Shown here: positions 62,321-64,000 of the stretch, in pieces
Layout: every line of letters begins with the position of its first letter
Position numbering within the stretch: position 1 is the stretch's first letter
Assembly: GCF_036321535.1 (NCBI RefSeq)
Contig: NC_087437.1
Span: 113,648,001 to 113,712,000, forward strand
DNA: 64,000 nucleotides
Direction of reading: 5' to 3'
Origin: Camelus dromedarius
Lineage: Eukaryota
The notes under the pieces: generated by a model
What the model saw: only the letters and a program-made list of their open reading frames with translations
The model's database searches: none
What the model was told of the DNA's origin: nothing
Translations under genes and position numbers: made by a program

Positions 62321-63001
62321 TTATTATATCCATGGGCTTTGCTGATTTGGTACAACTTGAGTCCTGTTGTTGTTATTTGTGGTTTTAGGGATGCCTGATG
62401 ATTTTGATAAAAATTTCATTGCTGCTTATTCAATAGTAATTCAAACCCTGGCATCAGGTGGCTGCTCAGACAGGATGTGGAACCCATCGTTTAAGACACT
62501 GGGCATGGGCTCAGGAGCATTCAGCCCTTGGTAAAGACCATCCCAGCAGTGAAACTATAAAAGGAAAAGCAAAACAAAAGGAAATGCTTTGACGAGAGTC
62601 TGACCCCTGAAAGGGTCTAGCAACTTGCTGGTACTTTAAAGCCTGAGAAAAGGAAAGCATCATTTTAATTTTGTGACAAAAAGCCCATTTTAATAAAACC
62701 CAAATGATGTGGTTTTGTTCCTCCTAACATCTTCTCAATAAAGAGATAAATTCATGTACCCTCTCTCTCTCACACACACACGTTGAAATGAGGAAGCTAA
62801 AGGAAAACAAAGAAAAGAGAGATTCTGTCTTTGGGCTCAAAGATACCTTGCAACTGTTAACTTTTTATTTTCACCCAGGGAAGATCCTGTATCCCTTTTG
62901 TCTAGTTCAATTCACATCAACGGGCTAATTCATACCTGTAGGTAAAACTCTGCCCAGCGCTACTGGAAATGCACTTTGAATGCGTTAAGAAGACGTCATT
63001 A

Positions 63002-63202
63002 TAGGCTATTACAAGGTACTGAATATACTTCCCTGTGTTATTCAGTAGGACCTTGTTGCTTATCTATTTTACATATAGCAGTTAGTACAACGAAAAAGAA
63101 TATGAAAATGAATATATACATGTATAGGGAAAAATGAACCACTCTGCTGTACGTCAGAAATTAACACAACATTGTATATCAACTATACTTCAATTAAAAA
63201 AA
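63002..63202 (+). mobile_element. 5'-inverted L1 3'-end insertion (inverted 63002-63088, direct 63089-63202) with 15-bp TSD
   Basis: TSD AAGAAGACGTCATTA (62987-63001) / AAGATGACTTCATTA (63206-63220). The two arms are contiguous in L1 3'UTR coordinates. Confidence 0.9.
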
Positions 63203-63556
63203 CAGAAGATGACTTCATTACAGGTAGAGGGACCAGAGGGGACGCTTCTCCCCTTCCCATGGGGTTGACTCAGGAGAATTATGTAGCTCATCCTCTACCT
63301 TAGGAAAAAGACATGCCTACTTGGGAGTGCGAAAAATAGGCTAGCTCTGCATGTGGGCTAGCACACGGAGCACGCATACTTATTTATTTTTCCTGTCCAT
63401 AGGTTTTACCTGTTAACAAACAAAATAGTGTTCATTTCGGGGTTCGAAAATAAACACTCTCTTTCCCCCTTAATTACTTTATTTCTTTTGCTGCCCTCTA
63501 TGTACATTCTCCACGGCCCTCTGTACAGTTTCAATGCACACATTCAAGACACTGTG

Positions 63557-63797
63557 AAAGGGGGTGGGAAGGGACAAATTGGGAGTTCGAGGTTTACAGA
63601 TACTAACTACTATATATAAAAAATAAACACCAAGTTTCTACTGCACAGCACAGGGAAGTATATTCAGTATCTTATAGTAACCTATAATGAAAAAGAATCT
63701 GAAAACACATGCATGTATGTGTATGACTGAAGCATGATACTGTACACCAGAAACTGACACAACATTGTAAACTGACTATACTTTAATTAAAAAAAAA
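63557..63797 (+). mobile_element. Short L1 3'-end insertion (cetartiodactyl type)
   Basis: GGGTGGGAAGGGACAAATTGGGAGTTCGAG...GCACAGGGAA...CCTATAATGAAAAAGAAT...TTGTAAACTGACTATACTTTAATTAAAAAAA. Confidence 0.93.
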
Positions 63798-64000
63798 GTT
63801 TGTTCGAGGAAAGAAAATGACACCATCAATGCTCCCAAGGAAAATGCTTTTCGGGGAAAGTTCTGAATATTTTATTACAGACTATTCAACAAATTGTAAT
63901 TTTGAAGAGAGGACCAAATGAATTTGTTTTATTTAAGTAAAAAAAAAAAAAATCATTTGAAAAGAAAAAAAGAGAGACACACCGTGTAAGACGAGCAGTT

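Noticed and set aside
1..64000. A novel multi-gene or prokaryote-like system (CRISPR array, operon, viral insert)
   Set aside because: No regular spacer arrays, long ORFs or foreign-composition segments. The window is explained by RUNX1 P1, its intron and common mammalian repeats.

Overview
Mammalian genomic DNA, almost certainly camelid: it carries a Vic-1-type tRNA-derived SINE and cetartiodactyl-type L1 3' ends, and I saw no Bov-tA or PRE-1 SINEs. The window holds the 5' end of RUNX1 on the minus strand: the distal P1 promoter (~62.1-62.3 kb), non-coding exon 1 with the conserved tandem RUNX autoregulatory sites, and the first coding exon (61616-61732, encoding [19 protein letters not shown], the RUNX1c N-terminus). 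Positions 1-61615 are part of the very long intron after that exon; no further RUNX1 exon was found. The intron contains the orthologue of the haematopoietic +23 (eR1) enhancer at ~40.5 kb, a probable +3 enhancer at ~59 kb, several other motif clusters and many transposon relics (L1, L2, MIR, MLT1, hAT/mariner MITEs). Nothing in the supplied ORF track looks like a real protein. I found no convincing new biological system. The best second-look items are an altered P1 5'UTR splice architecture with a uORF-bearing mini-intron, a RUNX/E-box/GATA module beside +23, a 133-bp templated local duplication and two 5'-inverted (twin-primed) L1 insertions. Repeat family names and human/mouse comparisons come from memory, not from searches.
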